Shown in pieces: positions 39,300 through 54,000 of a stretch of DNA of 64,000 bases. Position 1 is the first letter of the stretch. Every line of letters starts with the position of its first letter. Source of the DNA: Carcharhinus longimanus (Eukaryota). The notes below the pieces were generated by a model. It was not told the DNA's origin, searched no databases, and saw nothing but the letters and a program-made list of their open reading frames with translations. The stretch is from positions 21,469,147 through 21,533,146 of the forward strand of contig JASCQW010000098.1 of the NCBI GenBank assembly GCA_030264375.1, in the 5' to 3' direction. A program made the position numbers and the translations under genes.

Positions 39300-41480
39300 G
39301 CTGCATCTCCAGCAGTTGACGGAGAAGTGATCTCAGAGACATAGCATGTAACCTAGGGCCAGCTGAGTTCTCATCTCCGGTAGGCCCCAGCAGAGGCCTT
39401 GGTCATTCCCTCCTTCACCTGATGTACATTATCAGATATGCCTTGCTCACAGAGAGTAACCCAGAAGCCTTAAAACTAATTGGACCCACCGACATGTCAG
39501 TACCTGGGATGGTGAGTTGTAAGGTGAAAGTTGATGCCAAAACAGTGCCACCTACAGAGGCCCTTTCACCCGCATCCTCTGAGGACTCATTTGAGCTGTC
39601 TGGATCAGGAGGAGTGGGAGCTGCATCCAGGGTTTGTAGTCCAGATCTGTCCCTGCAACACAGGACACAAGGTTAAGTGTAAGGGAGGGAGAGGAACTCG
39701 GGATGCCAAACACATGATTCGCATTGAGCATTGAAGAAAGAACCAAGAAAATTACATAACAGGAACAGGTCCTTCGGCCCTCCAAGCCTGTAGCGGCCAG
39801 GCTGTCATGAGATTTGTTACCCCCTACCCTTTTGTGTACCATACGCCTCTATTCCCATCCCATTCACATAGCTGTAGTGATGCCCCTTAAAGGTCACTAT
39901 CATACCTACATCCACGACCTCCCTCAGCAGCGAGTTCCAGGCACCCACTACCCTCTCTATGCAAATAAACATGCCTCACACATCTCCTTTAAACCTTGCC
40001 CCTCATAACTGAAACTCGTACCCCCGAGAAGTTGCCTCAAGGTGATTGAAGGAATGACAGGTGCTCACACCTTGGCAGCAGCCCGATCATGCTGTCACTG
40101 ACAGCCCACATCTCCCCTTCTCTGGAGAGCTCCAGTGCCTGCTCCTCAAAGGGGGTGAGGACCCAGAGGCCTAGCTCACCACCCTCTGTCTTCACCCTCT
40201 CATGGGTGTTGTGCTCAGTCTTCTCCTGTGGAGACGGAAGGAGCCATGAAAGAAATGGTGACATGACTCCTGCAGAGTATCAGGTGGTGGCTCTTAGACG
40301 GCATGAACAGTGGGGCTCATTGGGGGGAAAGGAAGGAGGTGCTTGGGGGTCAGGAGTTGGAAGCGTGCAGTGTGCTGGAGATGGGAGGAATTGCAGGAGA
40401 TTTGGGGGATAAAGCAAAATGGGATTCATCACTCATCCTTGCTGCATGGATGAGGTCATTGACTTTTTTCCGGGACTGCTTCCTGGTTCAAGGGGGCAAT
40501 GCCCTGGCACTGACCCAGGCAGTAATTCCTTCCAGGCCGCATTTCCATCAGTTCCACTCCACTGGGGGGAGGGGAGTCCCACCTCGCCTTTGCTACATCC
40601 AGTAGCTTCCCAAAGTCGCCCTCAGAGAATCGGAGGGTGCAGTGGAGGGGTGCTGGTTGTGCGCACATTTTGTGCAGGAATGCCTGTCCATTCTTAAGTT
40701 TTTAATGGAGCTGCCCCTTATTAGGACAGATCAGCTGCAGGCAGTTTGGCAGAGCATTCCAGCAAATCACATGCGGTTTGCTTGTTAGCATTGAGGGGAA
40801 GGCAAGTGAGCACTTGCAGGTGTGCTGATGGGGTGGTTGGGGGGGGAGNNNNNNNNNNNNNNNNNNNNNNNNNNNNNNNNNNNAACTGCCTGTAAGTAAA
40901 TCTGTAAGATACATTAACTATCAGCATATTATTCTCCTGCCAAAGTACTCTTCCTGAACCATTAAGTTGTTGCTGCCTCAGCCTTTTATTCACGTGTACC
41001 TCAATTTATGTCATTATTCATCCTGGAAAATGTAAAGCAGATTCCTTCAATTAACTGTACACTGACATGAGACAACTATCTCCAGGTTGAGTCTTTGAAG
41101 TGAGGGAGAAGGGGGGGGGTTCATGATTGGCCTGGGAGGTGGGCGGGTGTGGGGAAAAGGGGCTCAGTAATGTTGTGTGGGTGGGGCAATGTTTGTGAGG
41201 CCAAGGGGAGGCATTATCTGGCCCAGGAGCAATGCGGTAAGGGAGCAGCATTCTATCATCTGTTTTTTGGTGAGCATGCGCAATTGGAGGTGCCGATCGG
41301 AGCAAAAGGGTTTCAGGCACGATAAGCTCCGCCCAAAGGCTTGTGCAGCACAATTTGGAATCAGGCAGACCGCATATGAGGTTGCCTGAAAACGGGTCTA
41401 AAGTCAAATCTGAAACACTCCCAGATTGAAGTCTGCCCAGCACTTAGAATCAAAATGGTAAAGTCAGGATCTCTGTCTCT
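39300..41480 (-). mobile_element. Harbinger-like remnant (Myb/SANT-like gene) with a LINE-tail insert at ~39740-40035
   Basis: Minus strand ~40430-40540 reads AWVSARALPP*TRKQSRKKVNDLIHAAR, a Myb/SANT-like helix. Confidence 0.6.
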
Positions 41481-44400
41481 GGATCCTCCTATCTCATACT
41501 CCCTTATATACAGCTGTCTGTCTCTGGGTCCTCCGATCTCTGGTTATTTTTAGTCGACTCAAACTGCCCTTGAAGGATAATCCCATCATTCAGGGAATAT
41601 CTTGCTAAATATGTCCCTTATTAGGTAAGGAGATAAAATGGTACATCACAAATCAGCCCAGTACACAAGTCAAAGACAATGCATCTGTGCTTGAAATCAC
41701 AGTACTTGAGATGTTACACAAATTATTGTTGCAACATTACTATTATACTCTACTCTCTTTCTCACAGCATTTTCCATACAAAAATCTTCCAAATCCTTCA
41801 AGTTACTCTCCTTTTTGTAAAATTATGAGACTATTGCTTTGATCTGATACAATCATTAACTCCTCTTGTTTCTCACAATTGGATAATGTTTTCTGCAATG
41901 TTTTCTGTCTGAAAGGAATGTGTATTTGTTGCAGATTATGTACAAATTCTTCAAATGCTAACCATCGCTGGGAGACTGTCATATCCTTTAATGTATTTCC
42001 CCAATTTACCCTTAGTCAATTCCCCTCTTACACATTCATAGTTTGCTTTGCTATGACTTAAGCCCAATAGTTTGAGATTTAACTTAATCAATTTCAGACT
42101 TAAATTATTGTGACTCTCTTCTTGAGGTTCCTTTCAAACAAGATTCTTAAAAAATCCTTTCATGTTGCGCAATATTGGTTTGAAAATAGCCTACTCATTA
42201 GTTGGTTACTTGACATACTGTCTTGAGCACCAACCTATATAAATTCCATGAACTCATCCTCCATACCCTTTCAGCAAATTACATTTGCCTAATCTATATG
42301 AAGTTTGAAGTCTCCCATGAATACAGCACTTCATTTATTACATGTACTTCTCACTTCTGTAGAAAAATAGAAAACAAAAGGGCTACTATAAAATTTCTAG
42401 TCTCTGCAAGGGTTTTTGTTTAATCAACTTAGATATAGAATTCACTTTATCAATGGGGAGCATGTTTGTTAGTAATTGTAATTAGGTGTTTTAAATACTT
42501 TGCCGTTTTACAGATACATGTAATACCTTCAATTATTCCATACATATAAATATATCTTCTATACATTTTTAGAAATTAAACAAAGAAACTTTGATGCACA
42601 GTTACAGAGTGCCCTTTGATACTAAACATATGTTAGATACAGTCCTTTAACTCACCTAACTGTTGGAACCACAAGGCCATAACAGAGACTTAATTGCCTC
42701 ACCAGCCACCTTATCAGAATGAAGAGTGAGTTTTAATGAAGCTGCCTTCACAGATTTGAATCAAAACAGTCAAAAAAAATTAATGTCTTATCTAACGAAA
42801 GAGTTACGGTAGGGGGCTTAGTGGGAACTGACGAGAATTAATGGTAACATGATGATACCCCTTGAAATTGTAGGTAATGATAAAAAGCTCACTCATTGAA
42901 TTAATAAGCAATATATACATGTGTTTCATTATGTTGGCAATAAACAAAAAACGTGTCAGGGCTATAATTGGGGCATATCATGAAGGCAAGTTGAGTTGAA
43001 CACAATCCTTAGCGATTCAGTTAACTTCACTGACAAGGCCACAAAATATTAATGGCTTTTGTCAGCCCCCTTTATCAATTAAAGGATGACCATGTGAAAC
43101 TGTTTTAGTGAAGATGCTTTTAAGTTGCTATCAAAAATAGAGACATGATGTCTCACCAAGAGACTAGAGGACAGGCTTAGGGATGACATATTGAGGTATC
43201 CATGAGGTATTGTGATCTCATAGATCAAAGTGGTTCAGTGTTTTTCTATTGGATCAATACGTAAAGTATGTCATTTATAACACTTTTGATTGGATTATGT
43301 CCAACTGACTGTGAGCTGCACAATTGAATAAACTAGGATGATTTTCTTTGTCTGGTGGAGTGGTGTCTCTGGCTCATTGTGTCAAGACTCTGCTCCTCTT
43401 GCTAGCAAGTAAAATAAAGACAATTTGTCAGTTAAGTATCTTGTGTTAATGTGCATTTGTGTTAAAGTCAAACGCGGAAGTTGAGATTCTGACACTTCCT
43501 AATTTATATTCTGCTCCACACTACCATGACCTGAGAAGGCCTATAAAGAACTCACACCAATGTTTTCTGCCACTTGCTGTTTCTTAGCTTTATCCAAACT
43601 GATTCTAATTTTTGATTTTCTGAATTAAGATATTTTCTTCCTGATGTTTCTATACGACCCTCTATTATCAGGGATACCCCAATTCCTTTTCCATTTTGCT
43701 CAGGCCTTCTAAATGTTAACTAACTTGGAATCTTTAACCCTCAATTTTGGTCACGTTGCCATCCTTTCTCTGTAATGGCTATTAAATCAAACCCATGAAA
43801 TTCTATATGTGCGATTAATTCACCTGATTTTTGACTTTTTTTTATTTTTTTCCTGATATTACAATAGTCACTAATGCCTCACTACTTTTTTGCAATTGTT
43901 TTCCATTCCTTCCTGATCCACTCCGTGTCTTGTTACTGAAGACAATGCCCTGCTCTTAAGCCTTAACATTTCTCTGACTGTGATTGGATTTCTTATGAAA
44001 ACATGAAAATTGTATGAATTACAGTTTGGAAAGTTTGGAATTCAGGAAAAAAAAGATTTTTGTCTGCAAACATATCTTCCAATCATAACTTGCCAACAGT
44101 CAAGATCTTTTAACGCCTCTCAAGCAGCTAATGGGACACTTAACCAGTAGGAATCTCCCAAACCTCATCAGCGATGTTACGGAGTGTGTAATTGGAGGTA
44201 AGAGTGAACGAACACCAGCAGGGAAAAGTGCACTTCAGCAAGGAACCACTCTAAGCCCCACTGGGCATTTTAATGGAGTGTCACAGTCATAATTATGGTG
44301 GTTGAGGATGGAGTGCCATTAAGTAGAAAATGAGACATATATCATAGTCTATCTCACAGATGATAAACACAGCTCTCAGGACTGAGAGGAATTTAGGAAA

Positions 44401-44529
44401 AAAACGTGTAATTTAAAAGAAAAGAAGGGAATATTCATCCCAGTCGGCAGTATCGGAAAAATACCCTATAGATATTTGCTCGTTCTTTGTTAGAGAAATA
44501 TTGATGGCAAAATTAAGCAAAACAAAATA

Positions 44530-44800
44530 ACAGCGGGGGAGCTGGGTTCAATTCTGGCCTTGGGGAGGATGTCTATGTGGAGTTTGCATGTTGTCCCCGT
44601 GTCTGCATTGATTTCCTCTGGGACCTCCAATTTCCTCTCAGTAAAAAGATGTGAAGGTTAGTTGGATTAGCCAACATAAATGTGTGAGGTTACTTAATAG
44701 GGTGGAGTGGAGGGCATGGGTGAGATGCTTTTTTGGAGAGTCAGGCTTGATGGATTGAATGGTCTATTTCTGCACTGTAGGTATTCTATGATTCTATTAC
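44530..44800 (+). mobile_element. HE1-like SINE
   Basis: gggttcaattctggccttggg...tgtggagtttgcatgttgtccccgtgtctgc...ttctgcactgtaggtattctatgattcta. Confidence 0.8.
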
Positions 44801-46341
44801 ATATGTTATGAAAGAGAGAATGGATTTTAGGGGTGCTTTTCTGTGGCCAAATCACTCCCAATATTTCACCGCTCGTCTGTTGGAAAGCAAACCTGATTAT
44901 GATACAGTTAGCGGACCCCCTCAGATGAAAACTGTGGCACTTTTTTTACTCATTCACAAGATGTGGACAAGGCTCACTGGCCAGCATTTTAATTTCCTTT
45001 ACCTAACTGCCTGTGAGAAGGTGGCGGTGAGCTGCCTTCTTGAATTGTTACAGACTATGGATGGGACGTTCTGGCCTGCTTGGCCAAAGGCCAGAAGTTC
45101 CCACCTGAGGTCAACGGACCTTTGCATGATCCACCCCAGCCTGCTATGATTCCCTTGGTGGATGGGATGGGAAAATTCCATGTGGTGTAGGATAGGAATA
45201 CTTACAGTGTTGTTTGTAAGGGAGTTCCAATACTTGGACCCAATGACAGTGAAGGAATGGCAATATATTTCAAAGTCAGGATGACGAGTGGAGGAATGCT
45301 TATAGGTAGGGGATTTCCTGTGTGTCCACTGATCTTGTCCTGTGTAGTGGTAGAGATTTGGAAGGTGCTGTCACTTTTCATATTCGATATGCTTGAAGAG
45401 AGACAGTTAATTCATTGACGTCAATGGAAAGAATATTTGGACTGGGTGTGTAACAAGAGACCAATCTGCATGCACTTATTGTTGTTTGACCACCTTTGTA
45501 AGTGTAAACAATCAGCATGGTTTCCTGGTAGACTGGATGAAAGTGCAGAACCGACACGTACAAATTGATCATTATCTTTATGATTAACACTAAAGCCATG
45601 AAATCAATGTTTAGTTAATCAGGAGTGCCATGAATCCAATGCATTATCCTCCGCAGCCAATTTTCTAACTCGTGTTCTTATTAAGCAAGGGGACAGTTTC
45701 ACAAATATGACAAGTTACGTGTTTCTGAATAAATAATGACAATGCAGCATTCAGATGGATGCTTATATGCGCACAATGTAGCATCTTCTCTTTTAGAGAT
45801 CTGGAAGATTCAATCACCTTACTGTTGCATAAAAATAAATGCTCCTGCTCTAAACTCCTTATCAGCTAATATCCATATTTCCAAAAGCAGTGGCACAAAG
45901 ATTAACAATACATGGAACAAATATGGTGATGATTATAAGCAATCACTAGATGGAGCACAGAGTTCAGGAGGCCCCAAGTATATCAAGTAGTAGTTAGTCT
46001 TGGTTCAGTTCAGTGCACTCTCACCACCGAATCAGAACACTTTCCCACAAAATCCAGACACACACTTTACTGCAGCACTGAGTGAGCACGACAACAACCG
46101 AAGAATTCTGTTGACATATTATACTGATGTTCTGACTTCCCCCTCTGTTAGATATGAAAGATGCCGTGGCACTATTTTAAGAGGAGCAGGGCAGTTTTCC
46201 TGTTGCCTGACCAACACTTACTGCTCAAACAACACTGATGAAATACAATTTATTTGGCCATCATCATATTGCTCTTTGTGGGAGCCAGCCATGCCAAAAA
46301 TCATTGCCAAAATGATTTTTGCCCACAAAAATCACTACACA

Positions 46342-47338
46342 TGTTACGTCCACAGCAGATGTAAATTGCTGAGCAACCCAAATCCAAGAGGAAAACTTGT
46401 CTTGGACTATGACCAAAAGGCTATTGCTTTGTATTAGTTATTTTGTATTCAGAGAATGAGAAGAAACCACATTTATCTCAGCAGCAAGATGTCCAGTGAC
46501 ATTTCTGGAATCCTAAAAATTAAAAATAAAACATTTATTAACAAGAAGAAATGAAAATTTAAGCACCGAATATTATAGTTACACAGTTAAAAATTGTCTT
46601 ACAAAATATTCTCCAAAAGGCTTCCACTTTGTCAGTCACACAAGAATACATCTTCCTGGCAACATTCCCAGAAATATGTTTAATTATATAAATCCAATAA
46701 TATTAACCAAGGCAAAAATGCTACCACTTTAGCAAAGGCATATATCATGAACTCTCAAATTCTCTTCCACTGTGCTGTGGAAATGCAAATAACATTAGAA
46801 ACAAGACTGCTTTCTACAGCCCAAGGCTTTTGTGGCATGACTGGATGACTGATTCAAACTTTTTACCTTCTGCCAGCACAGAGCTGTTTCCAGGAGGTCT
46901 CCTCAACACATACAACACAACTCAGCTCAACATATCTCCTTAAGTATCACTTTTCACTTTCATGGTCCTCAGCACCCCTTTGAACTTAACTTTTCCAAAA
47001 TGTTAAGAAAAAATCATGTTTTCCTGTGGCTCCACTTTTGGGTCAAATAAATGTGCATAAGCTTCCTTTGTTTACTGACAAAACCATTGCAAAGTTTAAA
47101 CACCATTAATTTCTCTTTGCAATTTGAAAAAAAGAGCCTATCTATATCTCCTAATGCAATTTTTCAAACTTCACTTCTTTACCGTACCCTGGTTTCATTA
47201 TAAATGCATGCATTCAGCACTTCTATTCCATTCATTTCCCAACCCTTCCAGGCAAGCTGACTCCATTAATCTTCCCCCACTTTGATCAAATATTTACACA
47301 AATACAGACAGACACAAACTTTTTTTTATAGAATAACA
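46342..47338 (-). mobile_element. Possible solo LTR interrupting a Deu-domain SINE
   Basis: TGTTAC...ATAACA ends; the SINE resumes afterwards; no clean TSD. Confidence 0.4.
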
Positions 47339-48084
47339 CAATATTTTCCAAAAAAAATATTTTTGAAATAAGATCCATTCACTTCAAAAAACATTGAATT
47401 GGTTGTGTTCTGCTTTGGGATGCATTCATTAGGAAAGGCACAAACACAAATGCAAATCTTTTTCCTTATTTTTCCCATGCTGAGTTTCCCTCTTGAGTTG
47501 GATGATAGTTTTGATCTTAGCGTGTCTGCTGTGGAATAGAGACTCACACAGTAGAAGAAGCATATTGAACATTCACTTAGCTCTTTTTACACTCCTTTTG
47601 GCCAGCATGTGATATTTACTNNNNNNNNNNCTTCTGCAAGTCTGAAGTAGTTAAATTGCATTTCTTTCTATCTAACATTAGTAACTTTCAAGATTGTGCA
47701 TCCATCACCTCCAGAACATACTTTTCTATTTTATTTTTAGCTTTGGAGTATATTTTCAATCATTAATCTGTTTCCAGTGGCTTCCTGTATTTGACATGCA
47801 CCTTACAATCCATATCAATTTTTTATACAATGATACCCATTTTCCTAATGACCTCAGTTGTGATATGCTGTTCTGGTAGCAAAAACAACACTTGCACTTG
47901 CTGAAGTGAACAATTCTGTTTCATTGAAACATGCTCCACTGTTTGGATCATTGCCTTTTCTTTCAAAGTCATGTACATTCCCAATACTCAGGCTTTATTT
48001 GTTCATTAGAGCAAGAAGTTTAACAACTAGTGATCTTTGATGGTATTAATTATGGATAACCATCTGAAAATGAAGGATAAATTT

Positions 48085-48380
48085 CTTTATTTATTATTGT
48101 CACAAGTACATTTACATTAACACTGCAATGAAGTTATTATAAAAATCCCCAAGTCGCCACACTCTGGCATCTGCTTGGATACACTGACTGAGAATTTGGC
48201 ATGGTCAATGCACCTAACCAGTGTATCTTTCGGACCGTGGGAGGAAACCAGAGCGTCCGGAGGAAACCCACGTAGACATGGGGAGACTGCATAGACTTCT
48301 CACAGAAGTGACCCAAGCCAGGAATTGAACCCAGGCCGCTGGCACAATGAGGCAGGAGTGCTAACCACTGTGCCACAATG
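48085..48380 (-). mobile_element. HE1-like SINE
   Basis: Same subfamily as 19255-19493. Confidence 0.9.
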
Positions 48381-51049
48381 GGGTAAAATGTGCTTATCAT
48401 GAATTGACAACCCACTTCACATTCTCGATCAGTTAAAATCTATCCACTTGCGATGATCAATTTTACCCCTCTTCCTTTTTCTGAAATTATTTTCTGTGCA
48501 TCCTGACTTTCTAATTCTTGCTGTTTTGCACTTTGTAATATAAATAAGCTGCTTCTATTTTTCTATTTTATTTCAGGTCTGCCTGTTTTGACCTCTGGCA
48601 TATTGATACCTCCTGGTGATTATTGCATTCTAATTCTCTGCAGCTTAAGCAACTTGCTATCTTTCTGTTCACCTTGAGCTGGAAGTCAACAACAGCTGCA
48701 AGTTGTCCTTATCAATAATGCCTTATATTGCTTCAACCATCTCCTTTTGCTATTACTTCCACTTTTACAACAGATGTGGTGTCATCTGACACTAATAATA
48801 CCACCTCCCTGCTCAGATTGTTAGCTTTATCTTCAGTGACTCCTTTTATCACTTTTGCTCATTTGTCAAAAGCAGCGCGCAGCTGATGATCCCAAGCCTT
48901 GCCATACTTTTTAAGTCAAGAAAGATAATAACAACACAGGAAGATATGACACATCAGGGCCAAGGTACCTCACATTACAAACACATATTTGAAAATTGCA
49001 GGTGCAGATCCACGTGAGCAGACTGACCAAATTTGTCCTCCCCTCGTTCTGCTTCCAGAGTTGATGGAAACATTAAAAGCAGAAAGTTTTGCGTCCGGGT
49101 CAAAGTCAGGAGTCTGATAAAAGTAAATGGAACTGAAATATTAACTATGTTTCTCTCCCCTTGGATGCTGCCATATCTGTAGAATGTTTGTGACATTTTC
49201 TTTTTTTATTTCTGGAGAGGATCATGCTGCGTGCAGCCAGGTCTATTAAAAATAGATTTTATGTCCCAAAATGTCATGACAATAGGTTTGTGGTGAGACA
49301 AATGATCACTGTGTTCTTGCACCAGAGTTAAATATTCTAACAGCTACATCATAATTATGAACAATTCATGATCCCAGCAAATATGATGTGGTGTTACTTA
49401 GTATGATTTAGAAATTAGGTGATGCAAAAAGGTTTCTTGCAAAAATCGGGGTGATGGAGAGTGCAAACCATGCTGCAAAACTCAGGTTGATAGCACCTGT
49501 TGGTTGGAAGCCATAGGTTTGTGCGGCTGGCAGACATCTGATGTGGGGTAGAGTACCCCTTAGTAGGGCTTTAACCTTGGCAGAGGGAGAGTGCACCAGC
49601 AGTATGTAGCGTAGGCAGATCATGGCATCAATTAAAAGTTGTTTTGATTTGATTCAATTTTGGAGATGACATCTTCTCTTAAATACACACAGCCAAACAT
49701 GCATTTAGCAGAAGGGGCTAACCCACATCTGTGTTTTTTGAATAAGGCATCAACTACTTTTAGGTTAATTGCTGATCGATTTCTATGGGCTGCTGCTAAC
49801 TTTTGTGGAAGTGTTTCTGCTTTATAAGGTTATTAAAAGTTGTTGAAGTCTATAGGGAGTAATGCAGCATATGCTGAAAGAGTTTGGCCTGAGTACAAAA
49901 ACTTCTGCACAAAAACATTGGATCAGAATTTACACTTCCCCCAAGATGGGAGTGGTGGGGTAAAATTGAATGGATGCCCAGCCCTAATTCCAATTCACTC
50001 TTGCTGGGCAGATTCTTGGGTAGGAAACCGGCCCATTCACCTACTAAAGCCCTTAAAGGGCCCAACGTCATGATACCACTTCCCCCTGCTATCTCTCCCA
50101 GGCATCGCCTACCCTGCCTCCCACCCTGAGGATTTATCTTTCCAAAGGTAGCAGGACTTAATGCTGGACAGAGCTTGCAGTACTGCTTCTGACCACTACA
50201 GCGCTGTGCCTGACTCAGTTTAAAAGTTGTCGTCAAATCTGATTGCAAGGAAGTCCCAACCAAGGACAGCCAATCAACCCTCAAGTTGGAGTTCAATGAT
50301 GGCAGGAGCTCGAGAATCAGCAGCTGCACATTAGGGTCCTTGGGATGGTGAATACAAGTTGCTGACCATCATTTATACTCTACCCCAGCTTCCAGATATG
50401 GATTTTGTCACCTGTATCCTCCTTGGATCATAGAATGATGGGAAGTGAGCAGTGATGCCACAGAGTAGGACAAACTGTTAGAGGGAGAAGGTGAAGAAAG
50501 GCTGGATTTTCCCATCCGGGATTGAGTCCCATGGCAGTGTGGAGACAGGAAATATTTCATGGAATCATAGAATCCCTACAGTGCAGAAGGAGGCCATTCA
50601 GCCCATCTAGTCTGCATTGACTCTCCAAAAGAGTTCAGAAAAATAAGGGGAAATCTNNNNNNNNNNNNNNNNNNNNNNNNNNNNNNNNNNNNNNNNNNNN
50701 NNNNNNNNNNNNNNNNNNNNNNNNNNNNNNNNNNNNNNNNNNNNNNNNNNNNNNNNNNNNNNNNNNNNNNNNNNNNNNNNNNNNNNNNNNNNNNNNNNNN
50801 NNNNNNNNNNNNNNNNNNNNNNNNNNNNNNNNNNNNNNNNNNNNNNNNNNNNNNNNNNNNNNNNNNNNNNNNNNNNNNNNNNNNNNNNNNNNNNNNNNNN
50901 NNNNNNNNNNNNNNNNNNNNNNNNNNNNNNNNNNNNNNNNNNNNNNNNNNNNNNNNNNNNNNNNNNNNNNNNNNNNNNNNNNNNNNNNNNNNNNNNNNNN
51001 NNNNNNNNNNNNNNNNNNNNNNNNNNNNNNNNNNNNNNNNNNAGCTCCA

Positions 51050-54000
51050 GGCCTTTATCAGGTACATGCCACATTGGTTTTTGTGTACTGATGACTTTCT
51101 GCTGGTGGCACAGATGATCACGAAGAGAAGCATTACTCCAGCCGGGCTGTCATCAAGATCCCGTCAGCGGGATGCAAATCAGTTCCGTGTCAGCCTCTGA
51201 TGGGAAATACGATCCAGGGAGCAGGGGTACATGGGGAGTTATGCCCACAGACTCTCAGTAAGAGGTCATACTTACCCAGGATGTTCTGGGAACAATTTTC
51301 TGATGTGAACCTCAGGAATGGCCAGTGCGTAAGATGTCTTCATTCTGCTAAGGAGATCTACCTGTTGCAAGAGATCGGGATGATGACAGCAAGTGAATAT
51401 TGCTGGATCTGGCACCTTCAGTCTGGTGCAAGTGTTACACCATCTCTTAGTTCATTGTCCATCATTGAGTAAGCGAGGTCACAGAGCCCCTTTACACAAA
51501 GGCAGCTGAATACCTTTCAGTTCCTCTTAGCCGAAAGAAGCAGGTAAAGCAAGTAAATGACTTTGGCCGGATTGCAGGATTTCCATGGTGCAGGATGCCA
51601 CTGATCGCACACATACTATTTCATGGACACCTTACATCAATTTAGTTGTACTACATCTAGAAGGGGATCCACTCCCTCGATGTTTTCTCTGGCATGTGAC
51701 TAAATGCAGCACCTTACACATTCAATGCCCATGATCCACACAGCTGTAACGTCATTGTCATTAAATAATAGAAACATAGCTTGCTGAAAGCATAGAATGA
51801 AGCCATTCAGCCCATTGAGCCTGTACCAACTCTCTACAAGAGCAAATTAGTTACTTTGACTTACCCACCCATTCCCCTTTTTTTGTCTTTCAAACGTTTT
51901 GCCCATTCCTTTAGAAACACAGAATTAAATCTTCCTCCATTACAAGCAGTATGTTCCAGAGCAAGACCACTCTCTGTATAAAATAAATTTTGCTTCATGT
52001 CATCAATGTTTTTTTTTCCCCAATCACTTAAAACGTGTGCCTTCTGGGTTGCGACCCTTCTGATGATGGTAACACTTTCCATCTATCTGCTCTGCCTAAC
52101 ACACTTGTTATTTTGATTATAATTATGATTTTGAACACCTCTATCAAATCACTTTTCATGCTTTCTGAAGGGTAGCAACAACTTCTGCAATCTAGCACAT
52201 AATAGGAATGGATAATAAATGTTGGCCTAACTAGCTACGGCCACATCCCATCAACAAATACATTTTTATAAACCTAAAGGCCCTCAATCCTGCAATTATT
52301 CTCATAATCTTTGTATTGTCTCCAATACCTTCACATCTGTGTGATAGTGTGGTGTCCACAATATTTCAGTTCTGGAGACACCAGTGTTTTGTAAAGATTC
52401 CATTGTGCCATCTTCATATGGACCTCAACAATCAACAAATGAGTGGCTACTGAGTGACACGAGATATTTGCTGATCATGTGGCTCAAGGCTTGCACACTT
52501 GAGCGGCCTGCACATAAGGGAAGATGATCAAGCAGACATCTGGATATCTGGATTGCACTGGAAAGCTCTAAAGTAATTGGCAGAAAATATGCCCAGATTT
52601 GTTTTGGATTGTTGCATGCTACACAATCTTGCCACCAAGAGGATGGAACATTTGCATCAGTTTTAGATGATCAGCTGAGGAAGAAAAGAAGAATTAGAAG
52701 AAAGGGATGAGTTAATTAACATCCCCATCCCATGTTTCCTTTCTGGTTGGGCTTATTTCTGGTGCTGGCAGTAGGCCCAACCTGCATTCCCCATTCACCA
52801 ATAGTTCTACACCCACACTATACATTCCCTCTGTTACTCACAACACAACACAACTATCATAACACCTTATAAAATAAAAGAAACCTCTAAACAAACATTG
52901 CAAACCAAATGTAGAACATACATCATCCAACACAAAAGTCAACTAATTACACTTGTGTATTCCCTTGGTGCCTTTCTTCTCTGTGCTCCTGTGCAATGCT
53001 GACCCAGTGGCTGGTGGAAGATGATTGACTTACAATGGGGGCAGAGGGATGGGGTGGGAGGGCAGTTGGTGAAAGGTGCAGATGGCCTCGCAGGATAAGC
53101 ATGAGCAACTGTGGTCAGGAAAGGCATGGCATTGAACTGCATCCACCACCACCTCAACATGGGCAGCAACAGCCTAGGGTGACTGGATGCCAGGCAACAA
53201 CAAGGTGACTGGGGGAGTAGTGGGGTGGAAAGTGCTATCACAATGAGAGAAGACAATAGGTGTGTACTCCAAGGTGTCACTTGTACTTTTATATGGCAGC
53301 ATCACAACAATCCTAGTGCTATTTTGGAAAACAGATTGCTTGACTGCCGTGACTCCCTGAAAATCTCTCTGGTATCCACAACTGTAATAGTAGCCACCCA
53401 AACTTATTGGAAGTGAGCTGAGTTTACGAGACTTTCATCTGAGTTTCCACTGCAGTAGCCAAATGTTACATGATGTGCTGCAATTGAACTTATGGCATCA
53501 GTTTTCAGATGTTGTACCGTGGGTGGTTTCACAAATGGATACCACTTCCATGCTAGAGAGGATGGATGTGAATTTCTGCTGTAAACCTTGTGTCTTAATG
53601 GTTATTAATACTGACCATAGGCATTCTGACAGGCCTGACAATGCATTTTGCATTCCAGGAGCATTCTTTTGAGCCTTCCTCTGTCGACTGCCATCTCAAA
53701 GACCATCTCTGAATCCTCTGCAGTTGGACCCATGTGTGACCTTACCTCCTCCGTCTGGTTGTAGACCACTCTTGCCTGGTGTCTCACCATTTGCAGATCT
53801 CAAAGCTATTCTCCAGGCTACACACAGTGTCTCATTTGAGCTGGTGGTTTCAAATGTGAGAGTGAATGGTGGTGTTTCTTCTTCATCATGGCAGCTTTTT
53901 GCTCTTTAATTTTTTTCTCTGGTTTTCTAGACATGTTGAGTAGCTGAAGAGAGAAAGGTACAGAGTAGGGTCATGGTGAGGGAAGGGTTGGAAAGTGAAT

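Noticed and set aside
48577-48964. Plus-strand segment with a strong acceptor (tttttatttcag) and a donor-like aag|gtacc
   Set aside because: No long open frame and no partner exons; cannot be supported without transcript data.
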